Notes: generated from the letters alone by a model not told the origin. A stretch of 64,000 nucleotides of DNA from Dictyostelium discoideum (GCA_000004695.1 CM000152.2:1120001-1184000); one strand, 5' to 3'; positions 11,712 to 29,693 are shown, counted from the stretch's first letter. Numbers and translations: made by a program.

Positions 11712-14700
11712 TAGATTTAATAATAATAACAATAATAATAGATTTAATAATAATAGAGTTAATATTGAAGAATGGAAAAATGATAAAGTAATAGAATGGT
11801 TAGAAAAGAATGAATTTAATCAATATGTTGAAAAGTTTAAAGAAGAACAAATTGATGGTAATACACTAATAGAATTTAGTTCAATGAATCAAAGTGATAA
11901 AATATTTGAAAGACTTGGTTTCATTCATATAGGTCCAAAAATTAATTTTCAAAGAAAATTAAAAGAATTGGTTTTATCTTCACAACCACAAAAACAACAA
12001 CAACGTCAATCAAATAATAATCAAAATAATAATAATCAAAATAATAAACATATTGTTGATTATAGTGATGCAATTCATCATATTAATAATAAACAAGATA
12101 AAGATAATAAAAAGAAATCAGAATTTGAACCATTTAAAACTGCTCATGAAATGGAGAATTATTTAAAAAAGAAAATCGTTCAAGCAGATTCTGATGAAGA
12201 TATTGTTGAATTATTAAATCATCAAATTATTAATCTTAAAGATATCATTGGTAGAGATTTCTTACAATTCTCTGTACAAGATTTACTGGTGAGAATTTAT
12301 ACACATGAAAAATTTCAAGGTGGAATTTTGGAACAGTTTTTCAATAAATTAATTTTCGAATTAATATCATCTAAATTCTTTTCATCAATTTATAACTTTC
12401 CACAGTACATTCAAGAGATTGGTAGTTTGCCACAATTTAAAGCATCGATTGATTTAATGGATTTGGTCTCCTCTAAATTCAATGATAGTATTACAATTTT
12501 ACCAGTTGAATTGTTTGAAATTAGATTCAATGAATTGAATGCTGACACCAATCAAAGTAGACTATCCAATCAAACACTTAAAACAGTTGAACATATTAAA
12601 GGTTTAATTAAAGTTTTAAAACAAAAGAAACAATTATCAAAACTTAATACAATTCAACAATTAACACAACCAATTTTCAATATTGATGAAATTAGTTATA
12701 AGAATTTACCAATAGCACCAACTCGTGATGAAATTCATTCAAAGGTATTACCAAAATTAAAACCACTTAAAATTGGTACCTATTCATCATCTGAAGAATA
12801 TATTGATACACAATTTAATCTATTAAGAGAAGATATGATTCATCCGATTAGAGAAGCTTTAACACTTATTCAAAATGGTTCTTCATCACCTTATTATTAT
12901 ACTGATGTAATTTTTAAAGGTAAAATATAATTATATATTTAATTAAATGATTATACTTTTAAATAAATATATTAATTTTTTTTTTTTTTATATATTTTTA
13001 TAATAGGATTTACAAAAACTCAAACATCATTAAGTTTTTTAATTGAATTTAAATATAGAAGTAAAATTAAATGGGAGAAATTTTCAAAATTATTAAATGG
13101 ATCATTGTTAGTATTATCATGTGATAATTTTACAAATATTTTAGTTGCAACCGTTGAAAAAAGACCAGATAGAGGTGAAGAAAAACAAATTTCAATTTCA
13201 TTTTATGGTGATAATCAAGAGAATCAAATGGATTTAATGTATTTATTTGAAAATTCATTCTCAATGATTGAATCACCAACTTATTTCGAATCTGTAAAGA
13301 ATGTATTATCATCATTACAAAGAATTAATTCCGATGATTTACCATTTCAATCATATCTTTTGAAATGTTCAGGTCAAGAGATTATTCCAAAGTATTTCCA
13401 AGATCATCCAGTTATTAATTTACAAACTACATTTGATAATACTGAACGTATCAATATTAGAACATCGGAATTTCCAGAGAGATTGGGTACATTGGATCCA
13501 AGTCAAATCGAAGCATTTGAACATTGTTTGAAATCAGAGTTATCTTTAGTTCAAGGTCCACCAGGTACTGGTAAATCTTATATTGGTGTGAAATTATTCG
13601 AAGTGATTCATAGACATTTAAAAGAGAATTCAGCAAAGAATGCTCCAATATTGGTTTTATGTTATACCAACCATGCCTTGGATCAATTTTTGGATCATAT
13701 CATTACAAACGTTACAAAGAAAGTAATTAGAGTCGGTTCAAGATCTCGTGATGAAAGAATGAAAGATTATAATATTCGTAATTTCATTCGTGCTGAAAAA
13801 AGACAGTTTGAATACTATAGACAAAGAGATGATGTAGTTGCAATACTTAAAGAGTATTTAGATACTTTTTCAAATGAATTATCATATGAAGATTTTTTAA
13901 AATTTGCTGGAAATGATTATAATAAAGGTCAAGATGATGATGATGGCGATGATGATGATGATGATGATGATGACAATGGTGGTGATATAAAATGCTCAAA
14001 TATGAATTTTAATAGATGGGGTCAATGGATAAAATCAATAAAGAAAAAGATTAAAGAAGATTTAACTTTATTAAAAGTACCGAAATCATTAAAACCTTCA
14101 ATTAATGAAATTGAAAATGAAGATGACGAAGATGATGAAGATTTAGTTGAAACCTTATTAAATGAAAGAAGATTTGATTATGGTAATATTTCAGGTGGTA
14201 GTGGTATTACTGCTCATGATATTTCAGAATATGATATTCAAAGTATTGTTACAATGACAAGATTAGAGAAAAGAGATTATAAAGATATTCAAGACATTTT
14301 CGATATTAAAGAAAATGATAGAATTTATTATTATCGTTATCTTTTAAATAAAAAGATTAGACATTCATTGAAAACCATTCAAGATTATGCAAAGCAATAT
14401 AAAGAGCTATCTGATACAATCTTGGATTATGAAAATAAAGCCTACATTAGAGCATTATCATCAGTTAATGTTGTTGCTGCTACAATTACAGGTGCATCTC
14501 GTTTGAAGAGAGTTTTCGATTCAATCAATTCAAAATGTGTAATCATTGAAGAGGCAGCTGAAGTATTGGAAGGTCATATAGTTTCAGTATTACCAAAAAC
14601 TATTGAGCATTTAGTATTGATAGGTGATCATGAACAATTGAAACCATCATGTGCAGTCTATCAATTGGCAGAGAAATTCCAATTGAATGTTTCATTATTT

Positions 14701-16623
14701 GAAAGAATCATGAAGAATGGTGGTGCACATAGACAATTATCAATTCAACGTCGTATGGTACCAAATATTTCACAATTCATTCATCCAATCTATCCAAATC
14801 TTAGAAATCATCCAGAGGTTTTAATAAGATTCGCAACTGAATCAACCATTAAAGGTATTCAAAAGAATATCTTTTTCTTGGAACATACAATACCAGAATC
14901 ATCACCAACTGAATCAACTAGTAAATCAAATCTTTTCGAAGCTGATTATGTGGTTGGTTTAGCTGATTATCTATTGAAACAAGAATATAAACCAACTGAT
15001 ATTGTCATATTGACACCATACACTGGTCAACTATTAAAGATTAAAAATCAAATTAGAAATAGAAAACATGAACTACTCTCAAAAGTACAAGTACGTACAG
15101 TGGATCAATATCAAGGTGAAGAATGTAATATAGTCATATTAAGTTTAGTTCGTTCAAATGAACGTGGTGATAGTGGTTTCGTTAAAATTAAGAATCGTAT
15201 CAATGTTGCCATTTCTCGTGCTAGAAATGCAATGTATTTGGTTGGTAATAGTGATCTATTGAGAAAAGCAAATCCAATTTGGGAAAATATGTTTAAAATT
15301 CTATCTGAACCATCCGTTAATGCCATTGGTCCAATCTTAAAGCTTAGATGTGAAAATCATAAAGATCAAATCACAAATATCACCTCTGGAAAAGATTTTG
15401 CAAATGTACCACAAGGTGGTTGTCTTTTAAATTGTTCAACTCGTTTGGAATGTGGTCATCAATGTGGTTTAGCTTGTCATATCTTTGATCAAGATCATAT
15501 CAACATTAAATGTACAAAACCATGTGAACACATTCATCAAAAGTGTGGTCATACATGTAAGAAAACCTGTTCCGATGATTGTGGTCTATGTGAAGTATTG
15601 GTTGATCGTGATCTCCCATGTGGTCATAAAAAGAAATTGGCTTGTAACATTGATCCACTTCAATATAAATGTCAAGAACCATGTCAAAAACAAAGAAGAT
15701 GTGGTCATAAATGTGAACTCAAATGTTCAGAATATTGTGAAAAGAATAATTGTAAAGAGAAAGTTGAAAAAAAACTTCAATGTGGTCATATCGAAACAAA
15801 AGAATGTTATAACAATAGTAACGTTTGTAATGCCAAATGCAAAGATATCTTACCATGTGGTGATCCTTGCTCTCAAAAATGCAAAGATCATAAAACAGCT
15901 CAATTTGGAATTCGTAGTCATCCACCTTGCTCAAAGAAAGAATGTACAAGAGAATTGTTCTGTGGTCATAGATGTAATAGTCAACATGCATGTAGTTCAG
16001 GTTCTTGTGGTGATTGTAAAAAGAAATGTCTAAATGCTTGCACTCATTCAGTTTGTAATACAGGTTGTTCAAAACTTTGTAACCCATGTAGAGAGAAATG
16101 TAAACGTGGTTGTATTCATGTTGGTAAATGTAAAAACCTTTGTAAAGAACAATGTTCCATCAAGAATTGTGATCAAAGATGTACAAAAAAATTACCATGC
16201 AAACATCAATGTATTGGTTTATGTGGTGAAAAATGTGTTTCAATTTGTAGAATATGTAATCCAGATTATTTAGAACCAATCACTCGTATGAAGTTAAGTG
16301 AATTCGATGAAAATGATTGTTTCATTGAACTTCATAAAGGCCATGTCTTCCTCGTTGACAACTTGGATACCTTTATGAATATTAAAGATGAAAGTGGTAA
16401 GATAGTTCATAAAAAGTGTCCATCATGTAATATGATCATCTCTGCTAAAGATGCTCCAAGATATAAAGATATCATTAACAAAACTTGGAATCAAATAGAT
16501 TCAATTAAAAGAAAATTAATGGAACGTGTAACAAAAGAAGAAACTGATATGGTTGTAAAAGCAATGGGTGGTGCTGCTGGGTATGTTTTTTTCTACTTTA
16601 TTAATTATAATAATAATAATAAT

Positions 16624-16698
<75 letters not shown>

Positions 16699-16948
16699 TA
16701 ATAATAAATAATATATATACTAATTTAAATTTTTAATTATTATTAGACATTGGTTCGTTTGTGAAAATAAACATACATATTATATTGGTGAATGTGGAGG
16801 AGCAATGCAAATAGGAAACTGTATTGAGTGTAAAGCTAAAGTTGGAGGCACCAATCATTCACTATTACCAAATAATAAACATTCTGACATTGATGGTTCA
16901 AATAATCCTTTGTATAGACCATTCATTCAACCACCAGAATTTGATTAG
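11152..16948 (+). CDS. ZNFX1-like protein, 3 exons: join(11152..12919,13007..16580,16747..16948), 1847 aa. It carries poly-N/T, a SAM domain, a UPF1-like SF1 helicase, NF-X1-type zinc fingers and a C-terminal RZ-type zinc finger.
   Basis: Exon 1 carries a SAM-like domain: WKNDKVIEWLEKNEFNQYVEKFKEEQIDGNTLIEF. Exon 2 has the Walker A motif VQGPPGTGKSY, motif II IIEEAAEV, GDHEQLKP, TVDQYQGEECNIVILSLVRSN and NVAISRARNAMYLVGN, then at least 10 NF-X1 fingers such as CGHQCGLACH, CGHTCKKTC and CGHKCELKC. Exon 3 encodes HWFVCENKHTYYIGECGGAMQIGNCIECKAKVGG, an RZ finger as in ZNFX1 and RNF213. The introns are 87 nt (GTAAAA...TAATAG, phase 1) and 166 nt (GTATGT...(AAT)n...TTATTAG, phase 2). The total length is divisible by 3. 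Confidence 0.8.
16581..16746 (+). repeat. Intron 2 of the ZNFX1-like gene, made almost entirely of an (AAT)n microsatellite.
   Basis: It has a GTATGT donor at 16581, roughly 90 nt of pure AATAATAAT repeat and a TTATTAG acceptor ending at 16746. It is in frame with the upstream exon until a stop at 16696, so the track reads it as a poly-N tail. Confidence 0.6.
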
Positions 16949-16957
16949 ACTAATTCA

Positions 16958-16993
<36 letters not shown>

Positions 16994-17105
16994 TTATCTC
17001 TTTATTCCTTTTTTTCTCATATTAAATAATAGTTAAAATAATAAACAAAATATAAATAAAAATAAAATAAAATATCTTTTAAAAAAAAAAAAAAAAAAAG
17101 TTAAA

Positions 17106-17804
<699 letters not shown>

Positions 17805-17930
17805 TTATTTATTAATTTATTTATTTAATTTTTTTATTTATTTATTTATTTAATTTATTTAATTTATTTATTTATTAATTTATTTATTAATTTATTTATT
17901 TATTAATTTATTTATTAATTTATTATTTTT
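17805..17930. repeat. (TTTA/ATTT)n-like microsatellite directly abutting the start codon of RING-H2 gene 1. A matching array lies at 18996..19060, abutting RING-H2 gene 2.
   Basis: The sequence tttatttatttaatttatttatttattaattt... reads directly at both positions. Confidence 0.9.
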
Positions 17931-18347
17931 TTAATTTAATTTTCAATTAATTTGTTTGTTCATTAATATATTTTTTATTTTTTTAATTTATTAATTTGTT
18001 TGTTTGCTAGTTTGTTTTTTTTGTTTGTGTATTAATTGAATTTTTATTTATTTAGTCATTTATTTATTTATTAATATGTTTAATTGTTTAATTTTTTTTT
18101 TTTTTTTTTTTTTTTTCAACTTTATTATATATTAAAATTATTTAATTTATTTTATTTATTAATATGTTTAATTGTTTAAAAAAAAAACAATATATTTTTT
18201 TAATTTTGAAGTTAATTTGAATCGGAACACAGTCCTTTTTAAGAATTTTCATTGTTAAACAATTCAATTTCCTTTTTAGATTCAATCAAAAATAATAATA
18301 ATAAAATAAAACTATTGGTGAAATTTAAAAAGAAAATAGGAAATTCT

Positions 18348-18995
18348 TTATTTCTTTTTGTCATCATCATCTTCTTTACTGGTACATATGGATTGTGTTG
18401 TTGAAAGAGCAGCAAACATTACAGCACCACCTAAAAGACCAGTTATGATTGGATTTTCTTTAAAATAATTGATTGTTTTACTTAAAAATCCCTCTTCTTC
18501 TTCTTGATTATTTAATCTTACTGAACGAGAACAACTAACATTATCATCTTCTTCAGAGTTTGAATTAATACTTTTTATTTCCATTCTTCTAACTATTATT
18601 TCATTATTTTGACCATTTGCCTCCAAATTATTATTATTGTAGTTGTTGTTGTTGTTGTAGGCGTTATTGTTATTGTTGTTGGTATTATTGTTGGTATTGC
18701 TGTTGGTATTGTTGTTGTTGCTTTGTCTTAAATCTTGAATTTCTAAAAGTAATTGAGTTACTGTTTGATCATGTGAAACCAAGCCTTTTTTAGAGAAGGA
18801 TGAATAATCTTTTCTACAGTAAGCACAAGTTCTTGATCCTTTTTGAAACCACTCCTCTATACAACTTTTATGAAATTGATGTGAACATAAAGGTAATCTA
18901 TGAGGTAATTTCTCTTTGTCATTTAAATCTGTAACATCAAATGGTGATAAACAGATACAACATGTTAAATCTTGATTTAATTTTTTATTATCCAT
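18348..18995 (-). CDS. RING-H2 zinc-finger protein with a C-terminal hydrophobic anchor, 215 aa; a paralog of the 17106..17804 gene.
   Basis: CCICLSPFDV...LCSHQFHKSCIEEWFQKGSRTCAYCRKDY has the same architecture and residue spacing as its neighbour, with a poly-N linker and the hydrophobic stretch ITGLLGGAVMFAALSTT. Confidence 0.8.
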   Translation of the reverse strand: MDNKKLNQDLTCCICLSPFDVTDLNDKEKLPHRLPLCSHQFHKSCIEEWFQKGSRTCAYCRKDYSSFSKKGLVSHDQTVTQLLLEIQDLRQSNNNNTNSNTNNNTNNNNNNAYNNNNNYNNNNLEANGQNNEIIVRRMEIKSINSNSEEDDNVSCSRSVRLNNQEEEEGFLSKTINYFKENPIITGLLGGAVMFAALSTTQSICTSKEDDDDKKK

Positions 18996-19043
<48 letters not shown>

Positions 19044-19275
19044 TTATTTCTTTATTTCTTTATATTTCTTTTTTTCTTTATTTCTTTCTTTCTTTGAATA
19101 TTGTGGCTACTAAAATATTTTTAAAAAAAAAAAAAAAAAAAAATTTTCTCAAAAAAATAAGAAAAAAAAAAAATAAAAAAATAAAAAAATAAAACTTTCA
19201 ATTTTTTTTTTTATTTTTTATTTTTTTTTATTTTTTATTTTTTATTTTTTTATTTGGGTGTTCAATTTTTTAAAC

Positions 19276-21186
19276 ATGAAAAGTATAGTGTTAGTTTTTA
19301 ACATATTAAAACATTTAGAAATTGATGATATTTATTGTTGTGAAATTGTTTGCAAAGATTGGAGAAAAGTGGCAAACCAAAATAAACTATGGGAGATATT
19401 ATTTTTGAAAAAATTATTCAACATTACCAATTTCTTAAATGAAGAAATTGATATCTATAACAAACATGGAAGATTAAAAGAATTGATTGAGAAATTTAAT
19501 ATTAAATATCTTTATAAACAATGTTTTCCAAATCATTTTAATAGGTTTAAAAATTTAAACATTTTAAAAAATAATAAAATTATAAACTATGATCATGCTA
19601 ATGGTCACTGTAGTAGTAGTAGTAGTGGTAATGGTGGTCATAATAATATTATTAATACTTTATCAGATTTTAAAATAAATAAATCAAATATACATAATAA
19701 TACAAACAATAATAATAAACAAAAAGAGAATGAAGTTGATAATGACATTTCTGATATTATATGTAATGAATATATTTACTTTTATAATATTTCGAAATCA
19801 GTTATAGATTCATATCAATTTAACTACTCTTATGAATTTAATAATAATGATTATAAAAATTGTAGATTATTTATTATTAAAAAAGATACATATCAAATAT
19901 CACCTCCTGGTAAAAATTCAATTAATACTAAAGTTGATTTAATTTTTTTATTATTTATACCAAATGAAATCAAAGAATATTCGAAAATTATTAAAGTTAA
20001 TTATAATTATAATTATTGTATTGAAAACCCTGATCAAAGTAATTATCAAAGGGTATATCCTTTTAATTTTAATCTTCAAACTATAGAATTAAATAATTAT
20101 AATGATGATGATGATGATGATGATGACCATCATCAAAATGGAATTACTATAAAGGATATCGAATTTAATGAAAATTCTAAAAATTATCAATATAAATCAA
20201 TGCAAGAAATTGGATTTAAAGGATTAAATACAAGTGAAATTTCAGAAGAGTTAATGATTAAAATTGAATCATTTGCAAATAAATTTTCATTTTATTCAAA
20301 TAATGAATCTGAAAAGTTAAATACTTTATATTATTATTTAACACCAATATTATTAAATATTGAAACAAAAAAACCATTTTATAAACAACAACAACACCAC
20401 CAACAAAAACAACAACAACAACAACAACTAGAAATATTAAAACTAAAAAATCAAAAAATATCACTTTTAAATGTAAAATGGAAATTAACATTTTTTTTAA
20501 ATATTCTAAAGAATAAACCAGTTGAATTTTTATTTTATGCAATTAATGATGACTATCCAATACATTATCATCAATATGATAATCCTAATGAAGAATGGTA
20601 TGAAAATGATAAACCACAATTATTAGAATTAATTAAAATATCAACTATTAAGCAATACTATCATAGATTTAGTTTTAAAGGGAGTGGTAAAAAAATAATA
20701 GAATTTAAATTCTCAATTTCAATACCAACCACTAATAATACAACATTAACTTTATATATTGAATATTTGAGTGATTTATTTTTATTTTCAATAAAGTATA
20801 AAGAATCTCAAAACAACAACAACGATGATGATAATAATTATGGTATTGATGATGATAATGACGATGATAATGATGAAGATAAAGGAATAAAAATATTATA
20901 TAAAAATAAATTTGGAAGACAAGAATACGATTTAAATCTTTTAAAAGAAAATAAAGATAATTTTTCAAATTTATCAAGTCTTATGAAATTGGTTTCATTT
21001 TTATTCGAGGGTAAATTCCCAAATTTTAAATTTAAACTAGTCTCACTACTAATAATAATAAATCTTGATCAATTTATGTCTTTTGATTTCGATAGTTCTA
21101 AAATTTTAGTTAAACCAATAAGCTCAAATGAAGATAAAGAATCAATGTACGCCTTTGATTTAGATTTTGGTGTTAATTATGAATAA
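19276..21186 (+). CDS. F-box-like domain protein, about 636 aa, N/D-rich, function unknown.
   Basis: The N-terminus MKSIVLVFNILKHLEIDDIYCCEIVCKDWRKVANQNKLWEILFL fits the F-box consensus L..L...D......VCK.W..L.....LW. The rest is low complexity with no recognisable domain. The first ATG is at 19276, because the track start at 19258 is a non-ATG codon. Confidence 0.6.
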   Translation: MKSIVLVFNILKHLEIDDIYCCEIVCKDWRKVANQNKLWEILFLKKLFNITNFLNEEIDIYNKHGRLKELIEKFNIKYLYKQCFPNHFNRFKNLNILKNNKIINYDHANGHCSSSSSGNGGHNNIINTLSDFKINKSNIHNNTNNNNKQKENEVDNDISDIICNEYIYFYNISKSVIDSYQFNYSYEFNNNDYKNCRLFIIKKDTYQISPPGKNSINTKVDLIFLLFIPNEIKEYSKIIKVNYNYNYCIENPDQSNYQRVYPFNFNLQTIELNNYNDDDDDDDDHHQNGITIKDIEFNENSKNYQYKSMQEIGFKGLNTSEISEELMIKIESFANKFSFYSNNESEKLNTLYYYLTPILLNIETKKPFYKQQQHHQQKQQQQQQLEILKLKNQKISLLNVKWKLTFFLNILKNKPVEFLFYAINDDYPIHYHQYDNPNEEWYENDKPQLLELIKISTIKQYYHRFSFKGSGKKIIEFKFSISIPTTNNTTLTLYIEYLSDLFLFSIKYKESQNNNNDDDNNYGIDDDNDDDNDEDKGIKILYKNKFGRQEYDLNLLKENKDNFSNLSSLMKLVSFLFEGKFPNFKFKLVSLLIIINLDQFMSFDFDSSKILVKPISSNEDKESMYAFDLDFGVNYE

Positions 21187-21748
21187 AATTAAATTTTTTT
21201 AAAATTTTATTATGGAATGAAGAATTATTAAAAAAAAGTATTCATCTATTTCAATTAATAAACCCAACAATATTAATTAGTAGCAAACCTAATTATATTT
21301 ATTCGGTTATAAAAAAAAAAAAAAAATATAAAAAAAAAAATAATAATAAAGATTTAATAAAAATAAAGAAAAAAAAGGAAAAATAATAATAATAATAATA
21401 ATAAAATAAATTATTATTATTAATTTTTATACTTGTGTTAATTTTTTTTATATTTAAAACTGATTTTATTTATTTTATTTTTTATTTAAATTTTTTTTTT
21501 TTTTTTTTTTTGATCAAGACCAATCTTTTACCTGGTTTTTATTTTTTCCTAAATTTGAATGACTAAATTAAAAAAATATAATAATCGAAATTTAATTCAT
21601 TTATTTAAAAATAAAAATAAAGAAAAATGAAGTTTTCATTTTTCATTTTTAAATTTTCATTTTTATTTATTTTTTTTTTTTTTTTTATTTTTTTTTTTTT
21701 TTTTTCATTTTTTTTTTTTTTTTTTTTAATAAAACAAATAAATTTTCA

Positions 21749-23269
21749 ATGAAGGAAGAACAAAGAGATTTATATTCATTAATTATAAATCAATTAGTAC
21801 ATGATGGATATTTGAATGAAGCGACTAAAATTAGTGAATCTACAATGATACCATGTCCAATTAAAGGAGAGGCGAGTAATAAATTATTTTCATTGTATCA
21901 ATCTACTATATCAGGCAGTGGTGGATTAGGTATGCATAGTGGAATTAATAGAGTAAACTCAAATATGGATATAGATGATGATTCAAGTACAATAGGATCA
22001 AGTGGTGGTAAAAATTCAATTGAAGATATTATAAATATGAAAGAATGTTTAGATTTTGATGATCCAATACAACAACAACAATTAATAACTGGTAGTAGCA
22101 GTACTTCAACCACTGCCACCACCACCACTACTAGCAGTAGTAGTAGTAGTAGTACAAGTGACGGTACAACAAATACAACAGGAATTATAACTGAAAAAGT
22201 ACAACAACAACAATTACAACCAAATTTTATAACGAAATTTATTACAACTCATAAAAATGCATGTAGATGTGCAAAATTTAGTTGGGATGGTAAATATGTA
22301 GCAACAGGGTCATCAGATACATCAATTAAATTATTAGATGTTAATAAGATGAGAAATTATAATCAAACAAAGAATGAAACCACTGAAGATTCAGCACCAT
22401 CAAGACCAGTGATAAGAACATTTTATGATCATACGATGCCAATTAATGATTTAGATTTTCATCCATCAGCACCCATTCTATCATCGGCATCAAAAGATGG
22501 TACTATTAGATTCTACGATTATAAATCATCATTAAAACGTTCATTTAAATATATACAAGATACTCATGGTATACGTTCAATCAATTTTCATCCATGTGGT
22601 GATTTAATATTGGCTGGCACTGATCACCAAATGATTAGACTTTACAATGTAAATACATTTCAATCATTCACAGCAAGAAAGATCAATGAACATCATCATG
22701 GTCCAATCAACCAAGTTAGGTTCTCACTGGATGGTAATATCTTTGCAAGTTGTTCAAAAGATAATACAATCAAAATTTGGGATTCAAATAATTTTAGTTT
22801 AATTTCAACTTTAAATTCACCCCATGGTGGTAAAGAACCAACTACCGTTCAAATTAGTAGGAATCAAAAATACCTCTTATCATGTGGTCGTGATTCAATG
22901 ATTAAACTATGGGAGATTACTTCAGGTCGTTTGATCTATAGTATCAATACAGGTGTAAATCAAAGTGGTGGTCAAAATAAAAATAGAATCTCTGCAACCT
23001 TTAATTATACTGAAGATTATATCATAACAAATGATGAACAACCCTCTGTCGCTGTGGTTTACAATTCAAGAACAAAAGAACAAGTTCAAAAATTAACTGG
23101 TCATAATAATACTGTTCGTTATATTGCTGCCTCACCAGTTGAAAATGCTTTAATGACATGTAGTTTAGATCATAGAGGTAGATTTTGGACTGATGATACT
23201 TTATCTTTATCTTCAAATCCAATTAATAATAATAATAATATTGTTAATAAATTAGATGTTGATATTTAA
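21749..23269 (+). CDS. cstf1: Cleavage stimulation factor subunit 1 (CstF-50) homolog: an N-terminal dimerisation helix plus a WD40 beta-propeller, 506 aa.
   Basis: The N-terminus RDLYSLIINQLVHDGYLNEATKI matches the CstF-50 N-terminal QQLYKLIISQLLYDGY. The first WD repeat CRCAKFSWDGKYVATGSSDTSIKLLDVNKM matches CstF-50 [26 protein letters not shown]. At least 6 WD repeats follow. Confidence 0.8.
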   Translation: MKEEQRDLYSLIINQLVHDGYLNEATKISESTMIPCPIKGEASNKLFSLYQSTISGSGGLGMHSGINRVNSNMDIDDDSSTIGSSGGKNSIEDIINMKECLDFDDPIQQQQLITGSSSTSTTATTTTTSSSSSSSTSDGTTNTTGIITEKVQQQQLQPNFITKFITTHKNACRCAKFSWDGKYVATGSSDTSIKLLDVNKMRNYNQTKNETTEDSAPSRPVIRTFYDHTMPINDLDFHPSAPILSSASKDGTIRFYDYKSSLKRSFKYIQDTHGIRSINFHPCGDLILAGTDHQMIRLYNVNTFQSFTARKINEHHHGPINQVRFSLDGNIFASCSKDNTIKIWDSNNFSLISTLNSPHGGKEPTTVQISRNQKYLLSCGRDSMIKLWEITSGRLIYSINTGVNQSGGQNKNRISATFNYTEDYIITNDEQPSVAVVYNSRTKEQVQKLTGHNNTVRYIAASPVENALMTCSLDHRGRFWTDDTLSLSSNPINNNNNIVNKLDVDI

Positions 23270-23467
23270 ACACAAACAAACAAATAAATAAATAATCTTT
23301 ATTTTTTTTTTTTTTTTTTTTTTTTTTTGAAAAAAAGAAATAATAAATAATCTACTATAGAGAATATTCTCTATAGTTTATGGTTTTTTTTTTTTTTATT
23401 ATTAAAATTAGGGTATGTGAGTGAGGTGGAAAAAAAAAAAAAATAGGTTTTTTTTTTTTTTTTTTTT

Positions 23468-27597
<4,130 letters not shown>

Positions 27598-28743
27598 TCA
27601 ATTGTTTTTTATTATTACTTTTTATTTTATTATTATTTTTATTATTTTTAAAATTACACATATATGATTAATGCTACTATTACTATTATTACTATTACTA
27701 TTGAATGGATGAACTATTTATACGATTAAAAATACAAAAACTATTTTTTTTCTTTCTCCTTCTCTGTTGTCAAAACTTGGTTTTTTTTTTTTGTTTTGTT
27801 TTGTTTTTTTTTGTTTTTTTTTTTTTTTTGAGAAAAAAAAAAAAAACTATTTCCTAAAAGAAGGAGAAAACGAAAATTATAAAATGTGTAGCCTAACTGT
27901 TTTTTGACTTTTTTATTTTATTTTTTTTTTATTTTAATTTTTTTCTTTTTTTTTTTTTCTTTTTTTTTTTTTTTTTACTTCTTTTTAACCGAAAGGATTG
28001 GAAAATATATAAATATGTAAAAACATTGACTGTTTTTTTTTTTTTTTTTTTTTTATAAATAAATACTAATTTATTGATTTATAGGTGTATTATTATGTAG
28101 TTTATGTTACAAAAAAATAAATTAAAATATTTTATTTAGATTTTGGAAATTTGGAAAGTGTTGGTGATAAAAAAAAATAAATATATTAAAAAAATAAATA
28201 TATTAAAAAAATAAATATAAAAATAAAAAAAAACAAATAATGTTTTGATTTGTTTTGTTTGATTTGATAAAGTACAAAATTAAAAAAAAAGAGAGAGAGA
28301 AAAAAAAAAAAAAAAAATTTTAACTATTGCCTTTTTCTATTAATGCTGGTATTATTACAAATTTGAGAGGTGATGTGTTTTTTTTTTTTTTTTATCAATT
28401 TGATTTATTATTTAATTTTTAATTATTTTTAAATTATTTTCTATTTTTTTTTTTTTTTTTTTTTTCTGTGCTATATGGTGTGTGGTTGAGTGTGTGGATA
28501 TATATAGTGGTGTTTAGATCTCTTTGTATATAAATAATTATTTAAATAAATAAATAAAAAATTTCAAAAAAGGTGACAAAATTGAAGGGATGGGTGGGTG
28601 ATTTAAATATAACTATTTCAACCAACTTGATATTCGTTAATATATCACTACTAGTGTTACAATGTTTATTTGGGGGTTTTTTATTTTATTTTCTTTTTTT
28701 TTTCTTTTTTTTTTATATTATTATTCTATGTGTTAAGTATAAT

Positions 28744-28861
<118 letters not shown>

Positions 28862-29693
28862 GGTGGTATGTACACAATATTTTTGAAATGGGCGTGAGGA
28901 ATTACTTTAATTTATTTTTATTATTATTATTATTATTGGAGGAGGCGAGATTTTTATTATTATTGTTATTATTATTATTATTTTAATATTTTATTATTAT
29001 TGTTATTATATATTGATATTTTTAGTTTTTCCAATATATTTTATATTTTGTTTTATTTTTATATTTTATTTTACTATATTTTAATTTTACTATACTTTAA
29101 TTTTAATTTAATTTATTTTCTATTATTTTTGGTGAATCTTTTTAAAACGATGATTGGTTTGTAAAAATTTTGTGAAAAAAATACAAAAAAAAAAAAAAAA
29201 ATTAATTTTAAAAAAAGTTTGAAAAAAAAAAAAAAAGAAAAAAAAAAAGATATATTGTTTTGATGGTGGAGTATTGGGTTGTTTATGTTTAAACTATAAT
29301 TATTTTTGATTTAGCGATTCTTAAATTATCTATATGACTATATTTATAAATAGATAACTGCAAATATTAATAAAATTATTATTATTTTTATTATTGTTTT
29401 TATTATTATTTTTTTATAAGAGTGTGGGGTGATAGTGGTTTAATTTTCTAAAATTTTTTTTTTTTTTTTTTTTTGTGGAAAAAAACGGTGCGAAAAGAGC
29501 AATTTTTATAATAATAATCAAAAAATAAAAAAAAAATAAAAAAAATAAAAAAAAAAAATAAAAAAAAAAAAAAATAAAAAAAAATTAGTTTTGTTTTTTT
29601 TGAGGCGAATGTCAAAACTAGTTTTGAAATATTCCTTTTGCCAAAAATTCTCTATGGCATCCTGGGGGCGAAATTTCTTGTGGTGATTAGAGT

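Noticed and set aside
11328-11732. Minus-strand 134-aa poly-Leu ORF.
   Set aside because: It is antisense to the poly-N/T tract of ZNFX1-like exon 1, a low-complexity artefact.
15485-16273. ORFs at 15485..16033 (+), 15719..16087 (-) and 16034..16273 (+) inside the ZNFX1-like NF-X1 finger region.
   Set aside because: They are alternative-frame or antisense readings of a Cys/Lys-rich coding repeat. The true frame carries the CGH.C finger pattern.
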